In this document: positions 1-13,200 of the stretch, in pieces | Layout: every line of letters starts with the position of its first letter | How positions within the stretch are numbered: position 1 is the stretch's first letter | From: the human T2T-CHM13v2.0 reference genome, Homo sapiens | Assembly: GCF_009914755.1 (NCBI RefSeq) | Contig: NC_060946.1 | Length of the DNA: 64,000 nt | Direction: 5' to 3' (one strand) | Made by a program: the position numbers and the translations under genes | The notes under the pieces: model-generated | The model's database searches: none | The model's input: only the letters and a program-made list of their open reading frames with translations | Told to the model about the DNA's origin: nothing

Positions 1-86
1 TAGAAAGGTTCAACTCTGTTAGCTGCGTGCATATATCCCAAAGAAGATTCTGAGATTGCTTCTGTCTAGTTTTTATGGGAAGATAT

Positions 87-103
87 TTCCCTTTTCACCG
101 TAG
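87..103 (+). other. pJ-alpha-type (A-box) motif of the alternate monomers
   Basis: TTCCCTTTTCACCGTAG sits exactly 171 bp before the first CENP-B box and is one mismatch from the pJ-alpha consensus TTCCTTTTYCACCRTAG. Related motifs occupy the same position in the other three A monomers. Confidence 0.8.
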
Positions 104-257
104 GCGTCAAGGCGCTCCAAATGTCCACTTCCAGATATCACAAAAAGAGTGTTTCAAACCTACTCTGTGAAAGGGAATATTCAACTCTGTGACTTGAATG
201 CACATATCACAAAGAAGTTTCTGAGAATGCTTCTGTCGAGATTTTATATGAACATAT

Positions 258-274
258 TCCCGTTTCCAACGAAA
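258..274 (-). other. CENP-B box, HOR position 1 (recurs at unit offset 258)
   Basis: TCCCGTTTCCAACGAAA is the reverse complement of TTTCGTTGGAAACGGGA, matching core NTTCGNNNNANNCGGGN. Confidence 0.97.
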
Positions 275-599
275 TCCTGAAATCTATCCAAATATCCCCT
301 CGCAGATTCTACAAAAAGAGTGTTTCAAAACTGCTCTGTAAAAAGAAAGGTTCAACTCTGTTAGTTGAGTACACACATCACAAACAAGTTTCACAGAATG
401 CTTCTTTCTAGCTTGTAGGGGAAGATATTCCCTTTATCACCATGGTCCTCAAACCGTCCGAAACGTCCACTTCCATATACTACAAAAAGAGCGTTTCAAA
501 CCTGCTCTAGGAAAGGCAATGTTCAACTCTGTGACTTGAATGCAGACATCACAGAGCAGTTTCTGAGAATGCTTCTGTCTAGATTTTATAGGAAGATAT

Positions 600-616
600 T
601 CCCGTTTCCAACGAAA
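600..616 (-). other. CENP-B box, HOR position 2
   Basis: TCCCGTTTCCAACGAAA, 342 bp after the first box. Confidence 0.97.
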
Positions 617-941
617 TCTTCACAGCTATCCAAATATCCACTTGCAGATTCTACAAAAAGAGTGTATCAAAACTGCTCTGTCAAAAGGAAGGTTCTTCTC
701 TGTTAGTTGAGTACATACGTCATAAAGGAGTTTCTGAGAACGTTTCTGTCTAGTGGTTATGGGAAGATAATTGCTTTTGCACCGTAGGCCTCAGAGCGCT
801 CCAAATATCCACTTGCACATACTACAAAAAGAGTGCTTCAAAGGTGCTCTCTGAAAGGGAATGTTCAACTCTATGAGTTGAATGCAAACATCACAAAGAC
901 GTTTCTGAGAATGCTTCTGTCTAGATTTGATATGAAGATAT

Positions 942-958
942 TCCCGTTTCCAACGAAA
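942..958 (-). other. CENP-B box, HOR position 3
   Basis: TCCCGTTTCCAACGAAA, 342 bp after the second box. Confidence 0.97.
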
Positions 959-1279
959 TCTTCAAATCTATCCAAATGTCCACTTGCAGATTCAACAAAA
1001 AGTGTTTTTCAGAACTGCTCTATCAAAAGAAAGATCCACCTCTGTTAGCTGAGTTCACACATCAGAAACAAGTTTATGAGAATGCTTCTGTCTAGTTTTT
1101 ATTTGAAGATATTTCCTTTCTCACCATAGACCTGAAAGCTGTCCTAATGTTCACTCCCAGATACTACAGAAAGAGTGTTTCAAAACTGCTGTACGAAAGG
1201 GAATGTTCAACTCTGTGACTTGAATGCACACATCACAAAGAAGTTTCTGAGGATGCTGCTGTCTACTTTTTATACGTAA

Positions 1280-1296
1280 TCCCGTTTCCAACGAAA
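1280..1296 (-). other. CENP-B box, HOR position 4 (next to the fixed 4-bp deletion)
   Basis: TCCCGTTTCCAACGAAA, 338 bp after the third box. It is preceded by ACTTTTTATACGTAA (15 nt), where other B monomers have 19 nt such as AGATTTTATATGAAGATAT. Confidence 0.97.
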
Positions 1297-4200
1297 TCCT
1301 CCAATCTATCCAAATATCCACTTGCAGATTCCACAGAAAGACTGTTTCAAAACTGCTCTGTTAATAGAAAGGTTCAACTTTGTTAGCTGCGTGCATATAT
1401 CCCAAAGAAGATTCTGAGATTGCTTCTGTCTAGTTTTTATGGGAAGATATTTCCCTTTTCACCGTAGGCGTCAAGGCGCTCCAAATGTCCACTTCCAGAT
1501 ACTACAAAAGGAGTGTTTCAAACCTACTCTGTGGAAGGGAATATTCAACTCTGTGACTTGAATGCAGATATCACAAAGAAGTTTCTGAGAATGCTTCCGT
1601 CGAGATTTTATATGAAGGTATTTCCGTTTCCAACGAAATCCTGAAATCTATCCAAATATCCCCTCGCAGATTCTACAAAAAGAGTGTTTCAACACTGCTC
1701 TGTAAAAAGAAAGGTTCAACTCTGTTAGTTGAGTACACACATCACAAACAAGTTTCACAGAATGCTTCTTTCTAGCTTGTAGGGGAAGATATTTCCTTTA
1801 TCACCATGGGCCTCAAACCGTCCGAAACGTCCACTTCCATATACTACAAAAAGAGTGTTTGAAACCTGCTCTATGAAAGGCAATGTTCAACTCTGTGACT
1901 TGAATGCAGACATCACAGAGCAGTTTCTGAGAATGCTTCTGTCCAGACTTTATAGGAAGATATTCCCGTTTCCAAAGAAATCTTCACAGCTATCCAAATA
2001 TCCACTTGCAGATAGTACAAAAAGAGTGTATCTAAAATGCTCTGTCAAAAGGATAGTTCTTCTCTGCTAGTTGAGTACATACGTCATAAAGAAATTTCTG
2101 AGAATGTTCCTGTCTAGTGGTTATGGGAAGATATTTGCTTTTTCCCTGTACACCTCAAAGCGCTCCAAATGTCCACTTGCACATACTACAAAAAGAGTGC
2201 TTCAAAGCTGCTCTCTGAAAGGGAATGTTCAACTCTATGAGTTGAATGCAAACATCACAAAGACGTTTCTGAGAATGCTTCTGTCTAGATTTGATATGAA
2301 GATATTCCCGTTTCCAACGAAATCTTCAAATCTATCCAAATGTCCACTTGCAGATTCAACAAAAAGTGTTTTTCAGAACTGCTGTATCAAAAGAAAGATC
2401 CACCTCTGTTAGCTGAGTTCACACTTCACAAACAAGTTTATGAGAATGCTTCTGTCTAGTTTTTATTTGAAGATATTTCCTTTCTCACCATAGACCTGAA
2501 AGCTGTCCTAATGTTCACTTCCAGATACTACAGAAAGAGTGTTTCAAAACTGCTGTACGAAAGGGAATGTTCAACTCTGTGACTTGAATGCACACATCAC
2601 AAAGAAGTTTCTGAGGATGCTGCTGTCTACTTTTTGTACGTAATCCCGTTTCCAACGAAATCCTCCAAGCTATCCAAATATCCACTTGCAGATTCCACAG
2701 AAAGACTGTTTCAAAAGTGCTCTCTCAATAGAAAGGTTCAACTCTGTTAGCTGCGTGCATATATCCCAAAGAAGATTCTGAGATTGCTTCTGTCTAGTTT
2801 TTATGGGAAGATATTTCCCTTTTCACCGTAGGCGTCAAGGCGCTCCAAATGTCCACTTCCAGATATTACAAAAAGAGTGTTTCAAACCTACTCTGTGAAA
2901 GGGAATATTCAACTCTGTGACTTGAATGCACATATCACAAAGAAGTTTCTGAGAATGCTTCTGTCGAGATTTTATATGAAGATATTCCCGTTTCCAACGA
3001 AATCCTGAAATCTATCCAAATATCCCCTCGCAGATTCTACAAAAAGAGTGTTTCAAAACTGCTCTGTAAAAAGAAAGGTTCAACTCTGTTAGTTGAGTAC
3101 ACACATCACAAACAAGTTTCACAGAATGCTTCTTTCTAGCTTGTAGGGGAAGATATTCCCTTTATCACCATGGTCCTCAAACCGTCCGAAACGTCCACTT
3201 CCATATACTACAAAAAGAGCGTTTCAAACCTGCTCTATGAAAGGCAATGTTCAACTCTGTGACTTGAATGCAGACATCACAGAGCAGTTTCTGAGAATGC
3301 TTCTGTCTAGATTTTATAGGAAGATATTCCCGTTTCCAACGAAATCTTCACAGCTATCCAAATATCCACTTGCAGATTCTACAAAAAGAGTGTATCAAAA
3401 CTGCTCTGTCAAAAGGAAGGTTCTTCTCTGTTAGTTGAGTACATACGTCATAAAGGAGTTTCTGAGAACGTTTCTGTCTAGTGGTTATGGGAAGATAATT
3501 GCTTTTGCACCGTAGGCCTCAGAGCGCTCCAAATATCCACTTGCACATACTACAAAAAGAGTGCTTCAAAGGTGCTCTCTGAAAGGGAATGTTCAACTCT
3601 ATGAGTTGAATGCAAACATCACAAAGACGTTTCTGAGAATGCTTCTGTCTAGATTTGATATGAAGATATTCCCGTTTCCAACGAAATCTTCAAATCTATC
3701 CAAATGTCCACTTGCAGATTCAACAAAAAGTGTTTTTCAGAACTGCTCTATCAAAAGAAAGATCCACCTCTGTTAGCTGAGTTCACACATCAGAAACAAG
3801 TTTATGAGAATGCTTCTGTCTAGTTTTTATTTGAAGATATTTCCTTTCTCAACATAGACCTGAAAGCTGTCCTAATGTTCACTCCCAGATACTACAGAAA
3901 GAGTGTTTCAAAACTGCTGTACGAAAGGGAATGTTCAACTCTGTGACTTGAATGCACACATCACAAAGAAGTTTCTGAGGATGCTGCTGTCTACTTTTTA
4001 TACGTAATCCCGTTTCCAACGAAATCCTCCAATCTATCCAAATATCCACTTGCAGATTCCACAGAAAGACTGTTTCAAAACTGCTCTGTCAATAGAAAGG
4101 TTCAACTCTGTTAGCTGCGTGCATATATCCCAAAGAAGATTCTGAGATTGCTTCTGTCTAGTTTTTATGGGAAGATATTTCCCTTTTCACCGTAGGCGTC

Positions 4201-7200
4201 AAGGCGCTCCAAATGTCCACTTCCAGATACTACAAAAGGAGTGTTTCAAACCTACTCTGTGGAAGGGAATATTCAACTCTGTGACTTGAATGCAGATATC
4301 ACAAAGAAGTTTCTGAGAATGCTTCCGTCGAGATTTTATATGAAGGTATTTCCGTTTCCAAAGAAATCCTGAAATCTATCCAAATATCCCCTCGCAGATT
4401 CTACAAACAGAGTGTTTCAACACTGCTCTGTAAAAAGAAAGGTTCAACTCTGTTAGTTGAGTACACACATCACAAACAAGTTTCACAGAATGCTTCTTTC
4501 TAGCTTGTAGGGGAAGATATTTCCTTTATCACCATGGGCCTCAAACCGTCCGAAACGTCCACTTCCATATACTACAAAAAGAGTGTTTCAAACCTTTTCT
4601 ATGAAAGGCAATGTTCAACTCTGTGACTTGAATGCAGACATCACAGAGCAGTTTCTGAGAATGCTTCTGTCCAGACTTTATAGGAAGATATTCCCGTTTC
4701 CAACGAAATCTTCACAGCTATCCAAATATCCACTTGCAGATAGTACAAAAAGAGTGTATCTAAAATGCTCTGTCAAAAGGATAGTTCTTCTCTGCTAGTT
4801 GAGTACATACGTCATAAAGAAATTTCTGAGAATGTTCCTGTCTAGTGGTTATGGGAAGATATTTGCTTTTTCCCTGTACACCTCAAAGCGCTCCAAATGT
4901 CCACTTGCACATACTACAAAAAGAGTGCTTCAAAGCTGCTCTCTGAAAGGGAATGTTCAACTCTATGAGTTGAATGCAAACATCACAAAGACGTTTCTGA
5001 GAATGCTTCTGTCTAGATTTGATATGAAGATATTCCCGTTTCCAACGAAATCTTCAAATCTATCCAAATGTCCCCTTGCAGATTCAACAAAGTGTTTTTC
5101 AAAACTGCTGTATCAAAAGAAAGATCCACCTCTGTTAGCTGAGTTCACACATCACAAACAAGTTTATCAGAATTCTTCTGTCTAGTTTATATTTGAAGAT
5201 ATAGCCTTTCTCACTATAGACCTGAAAGCTGTCCTAATGTTCACTTCCAGATACTACAGAAAGAGTGTTAAAAAACTGCTGTACGAAAGGGAATGTTCAA
5301 CTCTGTGACTTGAATGCACACATCACAAAGAAGTTTCTGAGGATGCTGCTGTCTACTTTTTATACGTAATCCCGTTTCCAACGAAATCCTCCAAGCTATC
5401 CAAATATCCACTTGTAGATTCCACAGAAAGACTGTTTCAAAACTGCTGTGTCAATAGAAAGGTTCAACTCTGTTAGCTGCGTGCATATATCCCAAAGAAG
5501 ATTCTGAGATTGCTTCTGTCTAGTTTTTATGGGAAGATATTTCCCTTTTCACCGTAGACGTCAAGGCGCTCCAAATGTCCACTTCCAGATACTACAAAAA
5601 GAGTGTTTCAAACCTACTCTGTGAAAGGGAATATTCAACTCTGTGACTTGAATGCAGATATCACAAAGAAGTTTCTGAGAATGATTCTGTCGAGATTTTA
5701 TATGAAGATATTCCCGTTTCCAACGAAATCCTGAAATCTATCCAAATATCCCCTCGCAGATTCTACAAAAAGAGTGTTTCAAAACTGCTCTGTAAAAAGA
5801 AAGGTTCAACTCTGTTAGTTGAGTACACACAGCACAAACAAGTCTCACAGAATGCTTCTTTCTAGCTTGTAGGGGAAGATATTTCCTTTATCACCGTGGT
5901 CCTCAAACCGTCCGAAACGTCCACTTCCATATACTACAAAAAGAGCGTTTGAAACCTGCTCTTTGAAAGGCAATGTTCAACTCTCTGACTTGAATGCAGA
6001 CATCACAGAGCAGTTTCTGAGAATGCTTCTGTCCAGACTTTATAGGAAGATATTCCCGTTTCCAACGAAATCTTCACAGCTATCCAAATATCCACTTGCA
6101 GATAGTACAAAAAGAGTGTATCAAAAATGCTCTGTCAAAAGGAAAGTTCTTCTCTGCTAGTTGAGTACATACGTCATAAAGGAGTTTCTGAGAATGTTTC
6201 TGTCTAGTGGTTATGGGAAGATATTTGCTTTTTCCCCCTAGGCCTCAGAGCGCTCCAAATGTCCACTTGCACATGCTACAAAAAGAGTGCTTCAAAGCGG
6301 CTCTCTGAAAGGGAATCTTCAACTGTATGAGTTGAATGCAAACATCACAAAGACGTTTCTGAGAATGCTTCTGTCTAGATTTGATATGACGATATTCCCG
6401 TTTCCAACGAAATCTTCAAATCTATCCAAATGTCCATTTGCAGATGCAACAAAAAGAGTTTTTCAAAACTGTTATATCAAAAGAAAGATCCACATCTGTT
6501 AGCTGAGTTCACACATCACAAACAAGTTTAAGAGAATGCTTCTGTCTAGTTTTTATTTGAAGATATTTCCTTTCTCACCATAGACCTGAAAGCTGTCCTA
6601 ATGTTCACTTCCAGATACTACAGAAAGAGTGTTTCAAAACTGCTGTATGAAAGGGAATGTTCAACTCTGTGACTTGAATGCACACATCACAAAGAAGTTT
6701 CTGAGGATGCTGCTGTCTACTTTTTATATGTAATCCCGTTTACAACGAAATCCTCCAAGCTATCCAAATATCCACTTGTAGATTCCACAGAAAGACTGTT
6801 TCAAAACTGCTCTGTCAATAGAAAGGTTCAACTCTGTTAGCTGCGTGCATATATCCCAAAGAAGATTCTGAGATTGCTTCTGTCTAGTTTTTATGGGAAG
6901 ATATTTCCCTTTTCACCGTAGGCGTCAAGGCGCTCCAAATGTCCACTTCCAGATACTACAAAAAGAGTGTTTCAAACCTACTCTGTGAAAGGGAATATTC
7001 AACTCTGTGACTTGAATGCACATATCACAAACAAGTTTCTGAGAATGCTTCTGTCGAGATTTTATATGAAGATATTCCCGTTTCCAACGAAATCCTGAAA
7101 TCTATCCAAATATCCCCTCGCAGATTCTACAAAAAGAGTGTTTCAAAACTGCTCTGTAAAAAGAAAGGTTCAACTCTGTTAGTTGAGTACACACATCACA

Positions 7201-10200
7201 AACAAGTTTCACAGAATGCTTCTTTCTAGCTTGTAGGGGAAGATATTCCCTTTATCACCATGGGCCTCCAACCGTCCGAAACATCCACTTCCATATACTA
7301 CAAAAAGAGCGTTTCAAACCTGCTCTATGAAAGGCAATGTTCAACTCTGTGACTTGAATGCAGACATCACAGAGCAGTTTCTGAGAATGCTTCTGTCTAG
7401 ATTTTATAGGAAGATATTCCCGTTTCCAACGAAATCTTCACAGCTATCCAAATATCCACTTGCAGATTCTACAAAAAGAGTGTATCAAAACTGCTCTGTC
7501 AAAAGGAAGGTTCTTTTCTGTTAAGTGAGTGCATACGTCATAAAGGAGTTTCTGAGAATGTTTCTGTCTAGTGGTTATGGGAAGATATTTTCTTTTTCAC
7601 CATAGGCCTCAGAGCGCTCCAAATATCCACTTGCACATACTACAAAAAGAGAGCCTCAAAGCTGCTCTCTGAAACGGAATGTTCAACTCTATGAGTTGAA
7701 TGCAAACATCGCAAAGACGTTTCTGAGAATGCTTTTGTCTAGATTTCATATGAAGATATTCCCGTTTCCAACGAAATCTTCAAATCTATCCAAATGTCCA
7801 CTTGCAGATTCAACAAAAAGTGTTTTTCAGAACTGCTCTATCAAAAGAAAGATCCACCTCTGTTAGCTGAGTTCACACATCACAAACAAGTTTATGAGAA
7901 TGCTTCTGTCTAGTTTTTATTTGAAGATATTTCCTTTCTCACCATAGACCTGAAAGCTGTCCTAATGTTCACTTCCAGATACTACAGAAAGAGTGTTTCA
8001 AAACTGCTGTACGAAAGGGAATGTTCAACTCTGTGACTTGAATGCACACATCACAAAGAAGTTTCTGAGGATGCTGCTGTCTACTTTTTATACGTAATCC
8101 CGTTTCCAACGAAATCCTCCAAGCTATCCAAATATCCACTTGCAGATTCCACAGAAAGACTGTTTCAAAACTGCTCTGTCAATAGAAAGGTTCAACTCTG
8201 TTAGCTGCGTGCATATATCCCAAAGAAGATTCTGAGATTGCTTCTGTCTAGTTTTTATGGGAAGATATTTCCCTTTTCACCGTAGGCGTCAAGGCGCTCC
8301 AAATGTCCACTTCCAGATACTACAAAAAGAGTGTTTCAAACCTACTCTGTGAAAGGGAATATTCAACTCTGTGACTTGAATGCACATATCACAAAGAAGT
8401 TTCTGAGAATGCTTCTGTCGAGATTTTATATGAAGATATTCCCGTTTCCAAAGAAATCCTGAAATCTATCCAAATATCCCCTCGCAGATTCTACAAAAAG
8501 AGTGTTTCAAAACTGCTCTGTAAAAAGAAAGGTTCAACTCTGTTAGTTGAGTACACACATCACAAACAAGTTTCACAGAATGCTTCTTTCTAGCTTGTAG
8601 GGGAAGATATTCCCTTTATCACCATGGGCCTCCAACCGTCCGAAACGTCCACTTCCATATACTACAAAAAGAGCGTTTCAAACCTGCTCTAGGAAAGGCA
8701 ATGTTCAACTCTGTGACTTGAATGCAGACATCACAGAGCAGTTTCTGAGAATGCTTCTGTCTAGATTTTATAGGAAGATATTCCCGTTTCCAACGAAATC
8801 TTCACAGCTATCCAAATATCCACTTGCAGATTCTACAAAAAGAGTGTATCAAAACTGCTCTGTCAAAAGGAAGGTTCTTCTCTGTTAGGTGAGTGCATAC
8901 GTCATAAAGGAGTTTCTGAGAATGTTTCTGTCTAGTGGTTATGGGAAGATATTTGCTTTTTCACCGTAGGCCTCAGAGCGCTCCAAATATCCACTTGCAC
9001 ATACTACAAAAAGAGTGCCTCAAAGCTGCTCTTTGAAACGGAATGTTCAACTCTATGAGTTGAATGCAAACATCACAAAGACGTTTCTGAGAATGCTTCT
9101 GTCTAGATTTGATATGAAGATATTCCCGTTTCCAACGAAATCTTCAAATCTATCCAAATGTCCACTTGCAGATTCAACAAAAAGTGTTTTTCAGAACTGC
9201 TCTATCAAAAGAAAGATCCACCTCTGTTAGCTGAGTTCACACATCACAAACAAGTTTATGAGAATGCTTCTGTCTAGTTTTATTTGAAGATATTTCCTTT
9301 CTCACCATAGACCTGAAAGCTGTCGTAATGATCACTTCCAGATACTACAGAAAGAGTGTTTCAAAACTGCTGTACGAAAGGGAATGTTCAACTCTGTGAC
9401 TTGAATGCACACATCACAAAGAAGTTTCTGAGGATGCTGCTGTCTACTTTTTATACGTAATCCCGTTTCCAACGAAATCCTCCAAGCTATCCAAATATCC
9501 ACTTGCAGATTCCACAGAAAGACTGTTTCAAAACTGCTCTGTCAATAGAAAGGTTCAACTCTGTTAGCTGCGTGCATATATCCCAAAGAAGATTCTGAGA
9601 TTGCTTCTGTCTAGTTTTTATGGGAAGATATTTCCCTTTTCACCGTAGGCGTCAAGGCGCTCCAAATGTCCACTTCCAGATACTACAAAAAGAGTGTTTC
9701 AAACCTACTCTGTGAAAGGGAATATTCAACTCTGTGACTTGAATGCAGATATCACAAAGAAGTTTCTGAGAATGCTTCTGTCGAGATTTTATATGAAGAT
9801 ATTCCCGTTTCCAACGAAATCCTGAAATCTATCCAAATATCCCCTCGCAGATTCTACAAAAAGAGTGTTTCAAAACTGCTCTGTAAAAAGAAAGGTTCAA
9901 CTCTGTTACTTGAGTACACACATCACAAACAAGTTTCACAGAATGCTTCTTTCTAGCTTGTAGGGGAAGATATTCCCTTTATCACCATGGTCCTCAAACC
10001 GTCCGAAACGTCCACTTCCATATACTACAAAAAGAGCGTTTCAAACCTGCTCTATGAAAGGCAATGTTCAACTCTGTGACTTGAATGCAGACATCACAGA
10101 GCAGTTTCTGAGAATGCTTCTGTCCAGACTTTATAGGAAGTTATTCCCGTTTCCAACGAAATCTTCACAGCTATCCAAATATCCACTTGCAGATACTACA

Positions 10201-13200
10201 AAAAGAATGTATCAAAAATGCTCTGTCAAAAGGAAAGTTCTTCTCTGCTAGTTGAGTGCATACGTCATAAAGAAGTTTCTGAGAATGTTTCTGTCTAGTG
10301 GTTATGGGAAGATATTAGCTTTTTCCCCGTAGACCTCAGAGCGCTCCAAATGTCCACTTGCACATGCTACAGAAAGAGTGCTTCAAAGCTGCTCTCTGAA
10401 ACGGAATGTTCAACTCTATGAGTTGAATGCAAACATCACAAAGACGTTTCTGAGAATGCTTCTGTCTAGATTTGATATGAAGATATTCCCGTTTCCAACG
10501 AAATCTTCAAATCTATCCAAATGTCCACTTGCAGATTCAACAAAAAGTGTTTTTCAGAACTGCTCTATCAAAAGAAAGATCCACCTCTGTTAGCTGAGTT
10601 CACACATCACAAACAAGTTTATGAGAATGCTTCTGTCTAGTTTTTATTTGAAGATATTTCCTTTCTCACCATAGACCTGAAAGCTGTCCTAATGTTCACT
10701 TCCAGATACTACAGAAAGAGTGTTTCAAAACTGCTGTACGAAAGGGAATGTTCAACTCTGTGACTTGAATGCACACATCACAAAGAAGTTTCTGAGGATG
10801 CTGCTGTCTACTTTTTATACGTAATCCCGTTTCCAACGAAATCCTCCAAGCTATCCAAATATCCACTTGCAGATTCCACAGAAAGACTGTTTCAAAACTG
10901 CTCTGTCAATAGAAAGGTTCAACTCTGTTAGCTGCGTGCATATATCCCAAAGAAGATTCTGAGATTGCTTCTGTCTAGTTTTTATGGGAAGATATTTCCC
11001 TTTTCACCGTAGGCGTCAAGGCGCTCCAAATGTCCACTTCCAGATACTACAAAAAGAGTGTTTCAAACCTACTCTGTGAAAGGGAATATTCAACTCTGTG
11101 ACTTGAATGCACATATCACAAAGAAGTTTCTGAGAATGCTTCTGTCGAGATTTTATATGAAGATATTCCCGTTTCCAACGAAATCCTGAAATCTATCCAA
11201 ATATCCCCTCGCAGATTCTACAAAAAGAGTGTTTCAAAACTGCTCTGTAAAAAGAAAGGTTCAACTCTGTTACTTGAGTACACACATCACAAACAAGTTT
11301 CACAGAATGCTTCTTTCTAGCTTGTAGGGGAAGATATTCCCTTTATCACCATGGTCTTCAAACCGTCCGAAACGTCCACTTCCATATACTACAAAAAGAG
11401 TGTTTCAAACCTGCTCTATGAAAGGCAATGTTCAACTCTGTGACTTGAATGCAGACATCACAGAGCAGTTTCTGAGAATGCTTCTGTCTAGATTTTATAG
11501 GAAGATATTCCCGTTTCCAACGAAATCTTCACAGCTATCCAAATATCCACTTGCAGATTCTACAAAAAGAGTGTATCAAAACTGCTCTGTCAAAAGGAAG
11601 GTTCTTCTCTGTTAGGTGAGTGCATACGTCATAAAGGAGTTTTTGAGAATGTTTCTGTCTAGTGGTTATGGGAAGATATTTGCTTTTTCCCCGTAGACCT
11701 CAGAGCGCTCCAAATGTCCACTTGCACATGCTACAAAAAGAGTGCTTCAAAGCTGCTCTCTGAAAGGGAATGTTCAACTCTATGAGTTGAATGTAAACAT
11801 CACAAAGACGTTTCTGAGAATACTTCTGTCTAGATTTGATATGAAGATATTCCCGTTTCCAACGAAATCTTCAAATCTATCCAAATGTCCACTTGCACAT
11901 TCAACAAAAAGTGTTTTCCAAAACTGCTGTATCAAAAGAAAGATCCACGTCTGTTAGCTGAGTTCACACATCACAAACAAGTTTATGAGAATGCTTCTGT
12001 CTAGTTTTTATTTGAAGATATTTCCTTTCTCACCATAGACCTGAAAGCTGTCCTAATGTTCACTTCCAGATACTACAGAAAGAGTGTTTCAAAACTGCTG
12101 TATGAAAGGGAATGTTCAACTCTGTGACTTGAATGCACACATCACAAAGAAGTTTCTGAGGATGCTGCTGTCTACTTTTTATACGTAATCCCGTTTCCAA
12201 CGAAATCCTCCAAGCTATCCAAATATCCACTTGCAGATTCCACAGAAAGACTGTTTCAAAACTGCTCTGTCAATAGAAAGGTTCAACTCTGTTAGCTGCG
12301 TGCATATATCCCAAAGAAGATTTTGAGATTGCTTCTGTCTAGTTTTTATGGGAAGATATTTCCCTTTTCACCGTAGGTGTCAAGGCTCTCCAAATGTCCA
12401 CTTCCAGATACTACAAAAAGAGTGTTTCAAACCTACTCTGTGAAAGGGAATATTCAACTCTGTGACTTGAATGCACATATCACAAAGAAGTTTCTGAGAA
12501 TGCTTCTGTCGAGATTTTATATGAAGATATTCCCGTTTCCAACGAAATCCTGAAATCTATCCAAATATCCCCTCGCAGATTCTACAAAAAGAGTGTTTCA
12601 AAACTGTTCTGTAAAAAGAAAGGTTCAACTCTGTTAGTTGAGTACACACATCACAAACTAGTATCACAGAATGCTTCTTTCTAGTTTGTAGGGAAAGATA
12701 TTCCCTTTATCACCATGGTCCTCAAACCGTCCCAAACGTCCACTTCCATATACTTCAAAAAGAGCGTTTCAAACCTGCTCTATGAAAGGCAATGTTCAAC
12801 TCTGTGACTTGAATGCAGACATCACAGAGCTGTTTCTGAGAATGCTTCTGTCTAGATTTTATAGGATGATATTCCCGTTTCCAACGAAATCTTCACAGCT
12901 ATCCAAATATCCACTTGCAGATTCTACAAAAAGAGTGTATCCAAACTGCTCTGTCAAAAGGAAGGTTCTTCTCTGTTAGGTGAGTGCATACGTCATAAAG
13001 GAGTTTCTGAGAATGTTTCTGTCTAGTGGTTATGGGAAGATATTTGCTTTTTCACCGTAGGCCTCAGAGCGCTCCAAATATCCACTTGCACATACTACAA
13101 AAAGAGTGCCTCAAAGCTGCTCTCTGAAACGGAATGTTCAACTCTATGAGTTGAATTCAAACATCACAAAGACGTTTCTGAGAATGCTTCTGTCTAGATT

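Larger units (their letters stand above)
1..1364 (-). repeat. Representative 8-mer HOR unit, dimeric SF2 type; best match is the chr14/chr22 alphaXT array (D14Z9/D22Z1, S2C14/22H1L)
   Basis: Seen: four dimers of 342+342+338+342 bp; XbaI TCTAGA at 578-583 and 920-925 (342 and 1,022 bp fragments); a single TaqI TCGA at 236-239; - strand CATTCAAGTCACAGAGTTGAACATTCCC. Recalled: that motif is typical of SF2, and the chr14/22 alphaXT subfamily is an XbaI/TaqI-defined SF2 8-mer. Chr14 versus chr22 cannot be resolved, and the SF2 arrays of chr18/chr20 are not formally excluded without alignment. Confidence 0.8.

Noticed and set aside
4799-5185. Longest ORFs (128 aa; also 18435-18821)
   Set aside because: Extended by the 2-bp deletion frameshift in a satellite monomer. 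Useful only as a duplication marker.
6734-6750. Variant CENP-B box TCCCGTTTACAACGAAA
   Set aside because: The change falls outside the 9 core recognition bases, so it was not counted as disrupted.
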